Below are positions 12,901 through 24,900 of a stretch of 37,100 bases of DNA, in pieces; position 1 is the stretch's first letter; each line of letters starts with the position of its first letter. This DNA is from Macrostomum lignano (lineage: Eukaryota), in NCBI GenBank assembly GCA_002269645.1, contig NIVC01004719.1, positions 1 to 37,100 of the forward strand, read 5' to 3'. A program made the position numbers and the translations under genes. Under the pieces are notes generated by a model. It did not search any database. It had not been told where the DNA came from and saw only the letters and a list, made by a program, of their open reading frames with translations.

Positions 12901-15900
12901 TTCTGTTACCTGCAGAAAAAGAGAATTAGACTGGGCATTCCCGGAATTGGCATTCTCAAGTGTCCTGGCGCTTTTCTATACTATTTTTGACGAAATCCGG
13001 AAGCGGGGGCTCTGTGAAATTATTATTAATTTATTAATGAGTTGAGCCTGGCTGAATGTCTGTCAGATTAACTTGCTTTTGTGCAAATTAACCCTGCGAG
13101 GCTTTTGCACCTGCCAGCGACAACTGCATTTCAGTCTGCTATTTGTGTTGAGCTGCAAGCAGAGTGTCTTTGTGTGAAAATCAATAAGTTAATCCAATAA
13201 GTTAACCGTATGAAATTTCCAGTTCAAGTTTTCCTAGAAATCGAAGCCAAACATTTTCGCGCGAATTTGAATTTCAAGCCGAGATCCAAGGCAGGACAGG
13301 AGAAGCGAAGTTAAAAATTTTGGCGCGGATTCGAATTACAAAAACTTGGAGAGTTTTAGAAGTTTTCCCTGCGTGTATTATCATGATTAATTCTCAGCGC
13401 ACTGTTGAGCCCCCATCTGAGATGAAGATGCTCGCCAGTCTTCTCAAGGATGCCGCCAACCCAGCAGCCCAGTCGAATTCGAGGCGCGAAGACTCGCTTT
13501 TAATGCGACCGCCACCCCCCCCCCGGTGCCCCTCGCCGCTGGATCGGGTCGAAATGCCGAATATGAGGAATTTTTGCAAAATCAATAATGGCGAGGCAGG
13601 CAGGCAGGCAGGGAGGGTCGCGCTGGTGAAAAAAGAGCTCGCCGAGGTGCCGCAGCTCAGCGGAGGGGCCGGCATGCAGCGCAAACAGCCGTGTTCGCAA
13701 AAAAAATTTAATCAAATTTTTGTCCCTTTCACTCCCACTCTTTCTCTCCGGCCGAAAAATTCTCTTATACTTTTTTTTTAAAACTTCATGGGAGTTGGGG
13801 GAAGAGCGCCCGAGCCCTGCCGTGTTTTAATACGGAGCTGTGGGAGGGTCGCCAGCCCCAGCCGTGCAGCAGCCCTCATCGGGAGAGGGGGAGGGCAGGG
13901 CGAGGGGCAACCGCGCCCTTGGAGCCGAGGGCTGCACGGAGAAAGTGCTATGGGGGGGGCTCCCGGCCAGCCTCCAGACTTAGTTTAGGAGGGATTATCT
14001 CAGTGAGTTTGAAATTTTCTGTCCAAACTGGGGGTTTGTCCGGAGGCTGGCCAGAGAGGGGGGCTTTTTGGAGCTGCAGGGGAGAGGGAAGGCCTGAGTC
14101 AGAGCTGATTGCTAAACCAAATTTCATTTATCAAATTGAAGCTATTGATTGAATTTGAGTTCGATGACAAAAATCGGCTGCTGCTTCTTTTTTGAAGTTG
14201 AGGAGTTTTTTAGTTCGATTCTGGAGACTGGGACTCAAGCTCAAGCAGAGTTTGAGAAACCGAGGCGCTGGGCTCCACTCTGGGCTCCCTGTCAGCCTTT
14301 TAGACGTTTCATTTTCTTCTTTTTTCACTAATTCTCTTCTAGAGACTGCAGGAGCTGCTTTTAAGGATTTGGAAGTTGGGATCTGGGATTTGAGCTGTAT
14401 AAAGGATTTGGATTTGTTTATCTGGGACTTTGGGATCTGGGACTTGGAAGTGTCGGGATCTGGGATCTGGGATCTGGGACTTGGAGGTGTGAGGATCTGG
14501 GATCTGCGACTTTGAAGTGTGGATCTGGGATCTGGGATCCGGGACTTAGGAGTGTGGATCTGGGATCTGGGACTTGAGAGTGTGGATCTGGGATTTTGGG
14601 ATCTGGGATCTGGGACTTCGGAGTGTGGATCTGGGACTTGGGAGTGAGGATCTGGGACTTGGCAGTGTGGATCTGGGATCTGAGATCTGTGACTTGGGAG
14701 TGTGGATCTGGGATTTGGGACTTGGGAGTGTGGATCTGGGATCTGGGACTTGGGAGTGTGGATCTAGCACTTGGAATCTACAGGAAGAATCTGAAACAAA
14801 AGTTTTAGCTATTTGAAAGGCATTCTGGATTGGAGCATCATCATAAAGCTAACCGGTTAGTAATGATGGAAATTCTGAGCAAGCAAAGCCGCACCCATAC
14901 GGACAGCAGTCTGCAATTTCACTTGAAAATGGTCTCATCTGAAACTTGAGCACGAATTATCAGACAGGACAGGCGGAGTGGGGTTGAGAAGCAATTTGGC
15001 TGTGGGCGCAGATTGAAATTGAAATGGAGTGTTAAACAGTCTGACTCACCCCTCATCATCGCTATTTTTTTGCGCTGCCTGCCGCCCAGCCTCCTCCTGA
15101 GATTTGAAGAAAAAAGAAAATTACTATTTTAAAAAAGAGATGAGAGTATTTTTGCACAGGCGGGCGTCTGACCACAACTGAGCTCCTGACCCGCCACCCC
15201 CTGCCCCCGGTCTCTCTCTGTTTGAGTTTTTTTTAAAAACTTGCTGAAGCCTGAAAAATCAAATGTCAACAAAATGCGAGAGAGCGGGAGTTTGGAGGGG
15301 GGGTCATCGATCGGCAGCTGCATGTGCCTTCAATATCAGCAGAAATCATCCCAAGTTTGCTGCCCAGCTCGAGCGCTTTCCCGTGCATAATTATAAAATT
15401 CAACTATTTTTTTAAGGAACAACTTTGCTTGAAGCTCCTTCTGGGCGGCTCCCACCATGAGAACCGCGGGGCTGCGCTCTGCCCCCCCCCCTAGGGTTTT
15501 TAGCCGACACGGGGCTTGGAGACTCAAAATTGTACTGGGTGAAAATTTATTCTCACAGCTTCAATTAAATGGAAAGCGAGCAAAGTTTATTTTTAAGAGT
15601 GGGGAGGTCTGGGCGATGTGGCAGACTTTGAGTTTTTCATATTATAAAAAAACTCAAGCGCAGTTTCCAGCCACAGACCCCCAGTTCTCAACTGCAGCTC
15701 CAGCCCCTTCCTGCTTTTAGTTTTTAAGCAATGAGAATTTTGAAGAGGTCCAAAAGCGGCCCTCAAACTCTTTCTTGTCAAATTCTTTTTCAATGTTTTG
15801 TTAGCTGTAAGCAGTTTTACAGCGCAGCCGTCAGCCTGTCTGACAAACACAAAGGGACTGCAGCTCTGAGGGAGTGCTCAGTCTGAGGGGCCTTCTTTGT

Positions 15901-18900
15901 GGGGCTCCCCGCTGCCTGTTGCCTGCAGCCGCATGTCCCACCTGAGTTGTTCGGGCAATATTGCTATTTAAGTCTGCTTTTATTGGGGCCACAATGGGCT
16001 GACTAATACTCACCACCCCATGTTATTTACCTGTGCGGGTGAGGCCGGACCGGACAGTTGCTGGCCTCGAGCTCTGGAGTTCTCAATTAAAACCTGCTTT
16101 GGCTGACACTTTGAAGACATGCACATTGTTTGCAGCTGGGAAACACTTTCTGTAAACAGTAAACACTTTTGCAAATAGGAGTGTACAGCCTTCTGTAAAC
16201 AGGCAACCGCACAGGGGACAGCCTTCTGTAAACAGGCAACCGCACAGGGGACAGCCTTCTGTAAACAGGCAACCGCACAGGGGACAGCCTTCTGTAAACA
16301 GGCAACCGGACAGGGGACAGCCTTCTGTAAACAGGCAACCGGACAGGGGACAGCCTTCTGTAAACAGGCAACCGCACAGGGGACAGCCTTCTGTAAACAT
16401 GCAACCGGACAGGGGACAGCCTTCTGTAAACAGGCAACCGCACAGGGGACAGCCTTCTGTAAACAGGCAACCGCACAGGGGACAACCTTCTGTAAACAGG
16501 CAACCGCACAGGGGACAGCCTTCTGTAAACAGGCAACCGGACAGGGGACAGCCTTCTGTAAACAGGCAACCGCACAGGGGACAGCCTTCTGTAAACAGGC
16601 AACCGGACAGGGGACAGCCTTCTGTAAACAGGCAACCGGACAGGGGACAGCCTTCTGTAAACAGGCAACCGCACAGGGGACAGCCTTCTGTAAACAGGCA
16701 ACCGGACAGGGGACAGCCTTCTGTAAACAGGCAACCGCACAGGGGACAGCCTTCTGTAAACAGGCAACCGCACAGGGGACAGCCTTCTGTAAACAGGCAA
16801 CCGGACAGGGGACAGCCTTCTGTAAACAGGCAACCGCACAGGGGACAGCCTTCTGTACACAGGCAACCGCACAGGGGACAGCCTTCTGTAAACAGGCAAC
16901 CGCACAGGGGACAGCCTTCTGTAAACAGGCAACCGCACAGGGGACAGCCTTCTGTAAACAGGCAACCGGACAGGGGACAGCCTTCTGTAAACAGGCAACC
17001 GGACAGGGGACAGCCTTCTGTAAACAGGCAACCGCACAGGGGACAGCCTTCTGTAAACAGGCAACCGGACAGGGGACAGCCTTCTGTAAACAGGCAACCG
17101 GACAGGGGACAGCCTTCTGTAAACAGGCAACCGGACAGGGGACAGCCTTCTGTAAACAGGCAACCGGACAGGGGACAGCCTTCTGTAAACAGGCAACCGC
17201 ACAAGGGACAGCCTTCTGTAAACAGGCAACCGGACAGACGACAGCCTTCCGCAGGTTTCACGCCAGCAAGTCTCCCTCAACACCCAGTCCGCTCCCTAAG
17301 CAGTCAACCCGCAATTACGCGCAACTTTTTCAGCAAAACCTCTTCTCAACAAGGTCTCAAAAAAGCAGCAAATTCTAAAGTAAAACTTCAGAATTTTTTC
17401 AACAATTTCTCAGGAATTTCTGCTAATGGAAAATTCCCCACAGCCCCATTCTTTAATTTTCTTTTTTTCTTCCCTTTAAATTAATGGCGCCAGCACCCCG
17501 ACTCACCTGCCTGCTCCGGCTTTGCCAACTTGCGGACGCGAAGGGCTTGGGGGGGGGGGAGAAAAAACAATAAAAAGCAGCAGGAATTTGTTTCCCGTCG
17601 GCGAAAAATGATTTCCCAAAATTTCCCAACCCTCGCACTGCCCCCCAAAGGTTCTTGCAGCCCGGCTTGATAAGAATTTGGCCCGTTGGGTTTTGGCAAA
17701 CGCGAGTTTCATAATATTAAAGCATTGTGAGCTGGGGCTGCTCACAGGACTTTATGAGTCTTAAGCCGTTCTGAGCAGCTCTGAGTTTCAAACCGGCCGC
17801 TCATCCTGCACCGTCTGCTGAATTCTCTCAATTTGAAAAGGCCTCACTGACGGAATTTCCTGAGTCTCTGCGGGGTGGCTCTGAAAATATTGCAACACCG
17901 TCAGAGCCGCGGGGCTCATAAATGCTTAATGAATTGCCGCGAAAGAGGCAGAAAAACACGATTTGGAAATTTGCTCAGCAATGAAAATTCAAAGCTGCCT
18001 GCACGCCAGCCAGCGCAGAAGCAGAAGACTAAAAAACAAGAGGAAGAAGAAGAAGTTTTAAAGCAGATTTTAAAGCAGGCCGCCGGAGATCCGTCAAAAG
18101 TTTCTCGGCACCGCCGGCCGGCCGCAGGTGCCATCCGTCATGAGAGGCCCATCGTCGGCTCCGAGCTGCCGGTTTCTGGGGCGAAGAAAAGCCGGAAAAA
18201 ATGACTAAAGAATCCGGGCGGTTGCTGCAGCTTTTGAAAGCGGAATTGACGGCTGATTTACAGCGGCAGATAAGACTCTGTCAAACCGCTGCGCCCCCCT
18301 CCATCATCATCTTATTGCGCCCTCACTGCCGCCCGCCTCCCCTCCCGTCTGCCGTATAAAAATTTGCCCCAAAAAAGCAAAAGTTGCCCGGGACCCTTCG
18401 GCTCTCCTCCCACCTGGTCTGCCGGCTTCCTTGGGATCCGATCCTCTCCTCTCTTATTCCAAGTTGAAGATTCGCTGTTAGAGATAAGGCCGAATATTCG
18501 AGATTCGAGCTGCTGCACTGGGGGGGTGCCTTCAAGTCTTGTTGCAGGTTTTTGTTTTAATCAATTGGATTCCGCGGACTCCCCCCTCTCTGCGGCAAGA
18601 GAATTCTTCTGCTTCACAAGCGGGCCAGAGAGCTTTTCTTTGCAATCTCGGCCAAAGCAAAGCTGCGGCCGCCCACCCTCCGCCAAGGCAGATTAATTCA
18701 AGCCAGCGGGCGCACCTGCTTTGCTGACTTTGCTGCTTTTAGCTTTTTTTATTATTATTCTCTTTTTTGCTTTAACAAATCTGACAAATTCTGCTTCTTG
18801 GCTTGCAATTGCAGAGCTATAAAACTTGCTTTATGCGACCCACCGAAGGTCTGGGGGATTCACCGTGTGGGGGGCGGATTTCATTTCTAAAGTCTTGCAA

Positions 18901-21900
18901 CAGCTTTTGTATGTTGTTCGATTGTCTAAGCTTGAGAACCTGACAGCGGCACCAACAATGCTGGAGGCAGGACAGTCAGACAGGCCCCTGATCCCCTCTC
19001 AGTTCCCTTCCCATATAAGCTTTAAAACTCCCCACAAAGCTGCAAGTTTTTGGCCCTTAAAGTTGTTGAACGCGCTGACTTCATTAATCAAGCGATTTTT
19101 GGGGCTTTCGTGTTTAATTTCTGCGACTAGAGGCAAACACTGGAACTCCCCTACCTGCTGGTCACAGATGGCCTCAACTACCGCCGCTGAGCTGCAGCCG
19201 CGACCCCCCCCACCCACAGCCCACTTTGCTCACCCGCTCGTTCAACTCCACCTCACAGTTTCAATTTAATTATTTGAACAAAGGCAGGTCGCCCGGGTCG
19301 ATTTGTTTGTTTCGGTTTTAACCTGCAGCCTGGGGTTATTAAACACTTCTTCATCATGCAGCAGGTGCGGATTTGGGAAGTTGATTCCACCTGGAACCTG
19401 CCACCTTGTGCCTGCTCTCCCCTCTCATTCACTGGCACCGGCTGTCTGACAGAGTTTCGGCTGACAGCTTCTGACTTCGCCGCTCCTGATCAGCTGATTC
19501 TGGCTTAGCCTCGTACGGGTTGCGAGAAAAATTAATTTTTTGTTGTTTATTTGCAGCAAACTCCGCTTTGACTTCTGCCAGCTAAAATCCCACGCTGGCC
19601 ACCCTCCCCCCTGATCCCATTTCCAAGGCATTCTTCTACTTCTTCTTAACAGAAGCAGCGCAATAATAACCAGAAATCAGCCGCTGCAACTGCATCCCCC
19701 CTGACCCCCGCCCCGGGGGGAGAAGGGGATCCGAGCATAGAGGCTGGTTGTGAAAGTTTCTGGGGAACAGCGAGTGGGAGGTAGGGAGAGAGAGGGGGGA
19801 GAGGAAAACGGGAGCCTGGGATTTCATGAGGTTTTTGGTGGACATAAAAATTTTAATGACGGCGCGGGCGGCCGCGGGGACTAATTTAAAAAAAGTTGAC
19901 TTTCTTCAACTGAAATAAATTATAAGTAAACACAGCTGCCTTCAAGCAGCCTTCAAGCCCGCAGGTTAAGCCGCCTCCCCCGCGACCCAAACAGAATATA
20001 AAACTCACTGGGCCTCCCCAACCTCCCCCAATTCTTCCCCTTTTTTACCTCCTTCCCCTCCCCTGGAAAATTCAACTTACCTTTGCAATCCGCCCCGAAG
20101 CAAATGCAGGCTCTGCTTCGATGCGTGGCGCTTTAGATAAACAGTTTCTGGGGAGGCTGACAGAAAATGTCCTCATTTATTTTTCCACAAACTTTTTGTT
20201 TCTGCAGCTTGGGGCAATAAATAAGCGCCTCCTTGCCTTGGAGGCATCCGAGGCGTCTCATTGTCTTGGCATAATTATCCTTTATGAGAGATTATTTACT
20301 CACCGCGGCCCTGGGGCTGCTGGGGCTGCGTGGATGCGGTCCGCTCCATCAGTGCCGGCATCAATATTTGATGCTCCGCTGCTCATTCCCGGTGTTCGCT
20401 GCCTCCTTGTCAAACTGGATGGGAATTTTCAATGATCTCACAGAATCTCGGCCCTCTAATAGTTTCCCAACGGTTTTCACTCGCCTCCCAACTCCAAAAA
20501 ACTGTTAATATTTTATTGAGTCTGCGGCCCTGCGGACACGCGAGTTGTGACTTTCTCAAAAAATGTTTGCAGTTTTTAGCGCTGAATTGCAATTGCCAAG
20601 TCCAGGGTAACTTTTGCTGAGTCAGACTGGGCTGCAGCACCTCTCACAGCTCTAGCCTGTCAGGTGCGTGATGCCGGCGTAGTCTCATGATTATGGTTAT
20701 GGCGCCAAGGTGGGAGCTGATGGCGCCAAGGTGGGAGCTGATGGCGCCAAGGTGGGAGCTGATGGCGCCAAGGTGGGAGCTGATGGTGCCAAGGTGGGAG
20801 CTGATGGCGCCAAGGTGGGAGCTGATGGTGCCAAGGTGGGAGCTGATGGCGCCAAGGTGGGAGCTGATGGTGCCAAGGTGGGAGCTGATGGCGCCAAGGT
20901 GGGAGCTGATGGTGCCAAGGTGGGAGCTGATGGCGCCAAGGTGGGAGCTGATGGTGCCAAGGTGGGAGCTCATGATGGCGCCAAGGTGGGAGCTGATGAT
21001 GGCGCCAAGGTGGGAGCTCATGATGGCGCCAAGGTAGGAGCTGATGATAGCGCCAAGGTGGGAGCTCATGATGGCGCCAAGGTGGGAGCTGATGGCGCCA
21101 AGGTGGGAGCTGATGATAGCGCCAAGGCGGGAGCTGATGGCGCCAAGGCGCTCAGACTTAGTGGCAATCGAGCAAGCGGCAGGCAGGCAGGCATTCCTCT
21201 CTATCCACCTGAGCAGCCGGAGAGGCCGGGGGTTTTAATGATCGAGTAAAGAAAGCAGTTGAGTTTTTTCTAAATGTTTGCACAGCTCAACTCGCCTTCA
21301 ATTTCTAGAGAGCCCGGCGCATGCGAGCAGCCTCGGGCTGGAGTTTTGGTGGCCGGGTAATGAGACGTCCATTGTTTTGCAAACAAGTGTTTTTTTATTT
21401 TCTCATTTTCACCCTTGGCCGGTCAGCTAAAAAATTTTCCCATTCGAATTTCAAATCCCAAAATTTGTCCGCCTCGTTCTGGATTTTTTCAATCCTTCGA
21501 CTCATCAGAGACTGCCAATCCCGGGTCACGTGATCACCCGGGAAGTTTTTCAAGGGACGCAAAGAAGTCGCGGGCAGCTGGGGGAGTTGATGAAGGGGAA
21601 AATGCGAGGGAGACAGCGGAGGCTGGTAATAAATATATATGATGCCGGGCATAATGCACATATCTGGGTGCGCGGCTCAGCTTACTTGGCCTCCCCTTCC
21701 CATCGATTCGGGCCCGAGCTGGTGGCGCGGCCGGGTAATTAGTCCCCGCTGAGGCCACATGAAATTTAACGAGAGATTTGAGCCCATTTTTAATAATTGG
21801 GGAGAATTTTACCCGTCTTACCCTTCCTTCCCCATCCCGAAAATCCCAGGATCCGTTTTCCCACTTCGACTCAGCTTCTCTCGCCAGACCCTCCCCCCTC

Positions 21901-24900
21901 TGGCCCCCCCGAGGGCGCCAAGTTTCTCCACCCTGAGGCTGTTTGCGACTATGATTCAGTTTTTATCTTCTCCGCGCGGCTGCCGCTTTGATGGGGCAAA
22001 TTGCAGCCTCCGCGAGCCTGACCGGCTGTCTGCGCCATGGGGAGTTCCTCAGGCTCAAGATTGTGGGAGTTCCTCAGGCTCAAGATTGTGGCGCCAAGTT
22101 GGAAGAGTGTAGCGCCAAGGTGGAAGATTGTAGCGCCAAGGTGGAAGATTGTAGCGCCAAGGTGGAAGATTGTGGCGCCAAGGTGGAAGTCTGTAGCGCC
22201 AAGGTGGAAGATTGTAGCGCCAAGGTGGAAGATTGTGGCGCCAAGGTGGAAGAGTGTAGCGCCAAGGTGGATTGAAAGATTGTAGCGCCAAGGTGGAAGA
22301 TTGTAGCGCCAAGGTGGAAGATTGTAGCGCCAAGGTGGATTGAAAGATTGTAGCGCCAAGGTGGAAGATTGTAGCGCCAAGGTGGAAGATTGTAGCGCCA
22401 AGGTGGAAGATTGTAGCGCCAAGGTGGAAGATTGTAACACCCTTTCTCCTCCATCCACCCGCAGCCGCCAGCCTGTGGACTCAGCAGCACGAGCTGTACA
22501 AGGCGGCAACAGCGGCCCTCGCTAGCGGCGGCTTCCCGCCTCTCGGAGCCGCGGCGGCTGCAGCAGCTGCGACCTCCTCGCATGCGCCGCCGACTACCGC
22601 AGCCGCAGCACCCGCCGCTTCGAAGAAGCAGCGAAGCCTGCAGAAATCCGCAGCACCTGGCGAGCAGCCGCAGGAGCAGCAGCGGAGCGACTCCCCCGAC
22701 GCCGGCATGAACGGCTCTTCGATGTCGCAGAACTCCTCCGCGTTCGGCGGCTCCGGCGACGGAAGCAGACGAAGCCCAACCGAGTCAGCGGCGGCGAGGA
22801 CGGCAGCGGAACGGCGGCTGACGGCGGCTCTGCCGGCCAGCGGTCCGAAGCCGCATCGCCCGACGCCGCCGCAGATGAGCAGTCGGTCCGGTCGCCGCCG
22901 ACCCCGCTGGCGCTGCCGCCGCCACCGCCGCTGCAGCAGTCAACTCCGCAGGCGGTGCCTCTGCTGCCGCTCCCGCCTCCGCTGCCCCTGCCACCTCCGC
23001 CGCCGCCACCTCCGCCGCCGCAGCAGCCGCCGCAGCAGCCGCCGCCGCAGTCGCAGCCTCCGCTGCCGTCGGAGAAGCCGGCAGTCCACAAGAACTCCGG
23101 CCTGGACAAGCATCACCAGCCGCTGCACGGGAAGGTGTCAGCCGAGGGCAAGCCGGACAGCTACTGCGAGTACTGCGAGAAGCTGTTCTGCAACAAGTAC
23201 TACTTGAAGAAGCACAAGGCCGACGTGCACGGCATCGCCGCTGCCGACCAGCAGCAGTCGGGCGGCGCCAATGGCGGAGCTGGCGGGGGCGGCGGGCACC
23301 ACCAGCGCACGGCCACCAGCACGGCAGGAAGCGCGGGCAGTCGGAGGCGCCGCACCACCCGACGGCCGCCGTCTCGGCCGCCGCCGCCATGGCCGCTAAC
23401 CCGGCCGCTGCAGCCGCCGCGGCCGCCGCCGCGAACCCCATGGCGAACCCGCTGCTGTCCATGGGGCACTGCCTCAACCCCTTCCAGACTCTGCTGTTCA
23501 ACCCGTTCGCCGCTCTGCCCTCCATGTCGCTGATGCCGGGCATCCCCCAGCCGTTCCTCCCCGGCGCCTACCCCATGATGGCCAAGCTGGAGGCTCCGCA
23601 GGCGCCGCAGCAGTCGCCGCAGGCAGCTCAGCCGCAGTCCACATTGGCGACTCCGTCTACCCCGCAGCCGACGCCGCAGCAAGCGCTGGCAGTCACAGCC
23701 CAGCAGCTGCCGCAGCCCCCGCCTCCGCAATCGGCGGCCCCGGCATCTCCGCCCGCCTCAGCGAAGCCGCCCGCCGCCTCCCCGCCCGCCTCAGCGGCCG
23801 ACGTGAACTCGGATGCGTACTGCCCGATCTGCCAGAAGAATGTCTGCTCAAAGTACTTCCTCAAGACCCACATGGCCAACCAGCACAACGTGAAGGACTT
23901 CAAGCCCGTTGACGGCCTCCCGTTGCCGCCCTCGACGCCTCCACAGCAGCAGCAGCAGCCTCCGCAGCAGCAGCCTCCGCAACAGCAGCAGCAGCAGCAG
24001 CAGCAGCCGCAGCCGATGAAGAGCTTGGAGACCGACTCTGAGCAGGTGCTCAACCTGAGCTCCAAGAAGCCAGCGTCTCAGCAGCAGCCGCAGCCGGAGG
24101 AGTTCAAGTGCCAAAGCTGCGCCCTGAGCTTCGGCAGCTCAGTGGAGTTTCGAGTTCACGTGGCCGCGCACCATTCGAACTTTGCGGAGCTTGGCAACCT
24201 GATGGGGCTGGCGATGCCCGCCATGGACCGCGCGCCGCACCACCCGCACCACCTGGCCAGCGCGCACCACCTGGACGCCTTCCAGTCCTCCATGGTGGCA
24301 GCCAAGCTGGCCGACCGCGTCATCTGCGACGTGTGCCACAAGGAGGTGTGCAACAAGTACTTCCTGAAGACGCACAAGGAGAAGGTGCACGGCATCCCCA
24401 GGGAGCTGCAGGCTGGCGGCAGCCGGCCCGGCCAGCAGGATGGCAGCAGCGGTGAGTTGCGCAACTGCCAGTCGGGTGGCGTCCTCATCGCATCCCCATA
24501 TTTTGGCTTTTTTGTTAATAAAACCGGGTTGCGGGCCTGGCATGTATTTATTTTGCTGTTAGAATTTCGTGTCTCCGGGGGCATAAAATATTAATGCCCC
24601 ATCTCTCCACTGCCAGCCTCCCTCTGATCCGCCAAGGGAGCCGCCAGCCGGGGTCTGAAAGTTTTCCAGGCCTGCCATTTCAGATTTTACTGCCATTATT
24701 TTTGCCATTTGCGGCTCCCCCCGCCAGCAGGATGAGGTGGCGGGTGGATTCTGGGTATTCCCTCAACCCTGCAGGAATTAATCACCGATCACCCCGGCAC
24801 CAGTTCTGCTACCTGCCGGTCTCGGTGGGCTGCTCGGGCTGTGCCCGGACAATGATTGTTATTTTATTCTCGTGAGTTGGAAAGCTTAAATTTAAACTCG

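Larger units (their letters stand above)
6988..22464 (+). other. Intron 1 of the zinc-finger gene (15,477 bp)
   Basis: GTGAGT...CAG ends, phase-compatible with both flanking exons. No convincing coding exon seen inside. Contains four minisatellites. Confidence 0.68.

Noticed and set aside
14365-14779. Interstitial telomeric repeat
   Set aside because: GGGATCT and GGGACTT do not match TTAGGG or TTTAGGG-type units.
16083-17484. Three ORFs of 360-400 aa, including a Cys-rich (GCPLCGCLFTE)n
   Set aside because: A 33-bp unit is a multiple of 3, so frames stay open on both strands. The array is intronic with no convincing splice context.
7000-22000. Dozens of 60-160 aa ORFs in intron 1
   Set aside because: Many start at TTG/GTG, span A/T- and G/C-run sequence, and show no recognisable motifs or consistent exon boundaries.
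20644-22583. Repeat ORFs (GADGAKV, MAPRWEL, SAKVEDC and others)
   Set aside because: Products of 21/24-bp arrays open in several frames; not distinguishable from non-coding repeats.
22750-23312. Programmed -1 ribosomal frameshifting
   Set aside because: No X-XXY-YYZ slippery site at either position. Seven same-direction shifts across two genes fit a sequencing deletion bias better.
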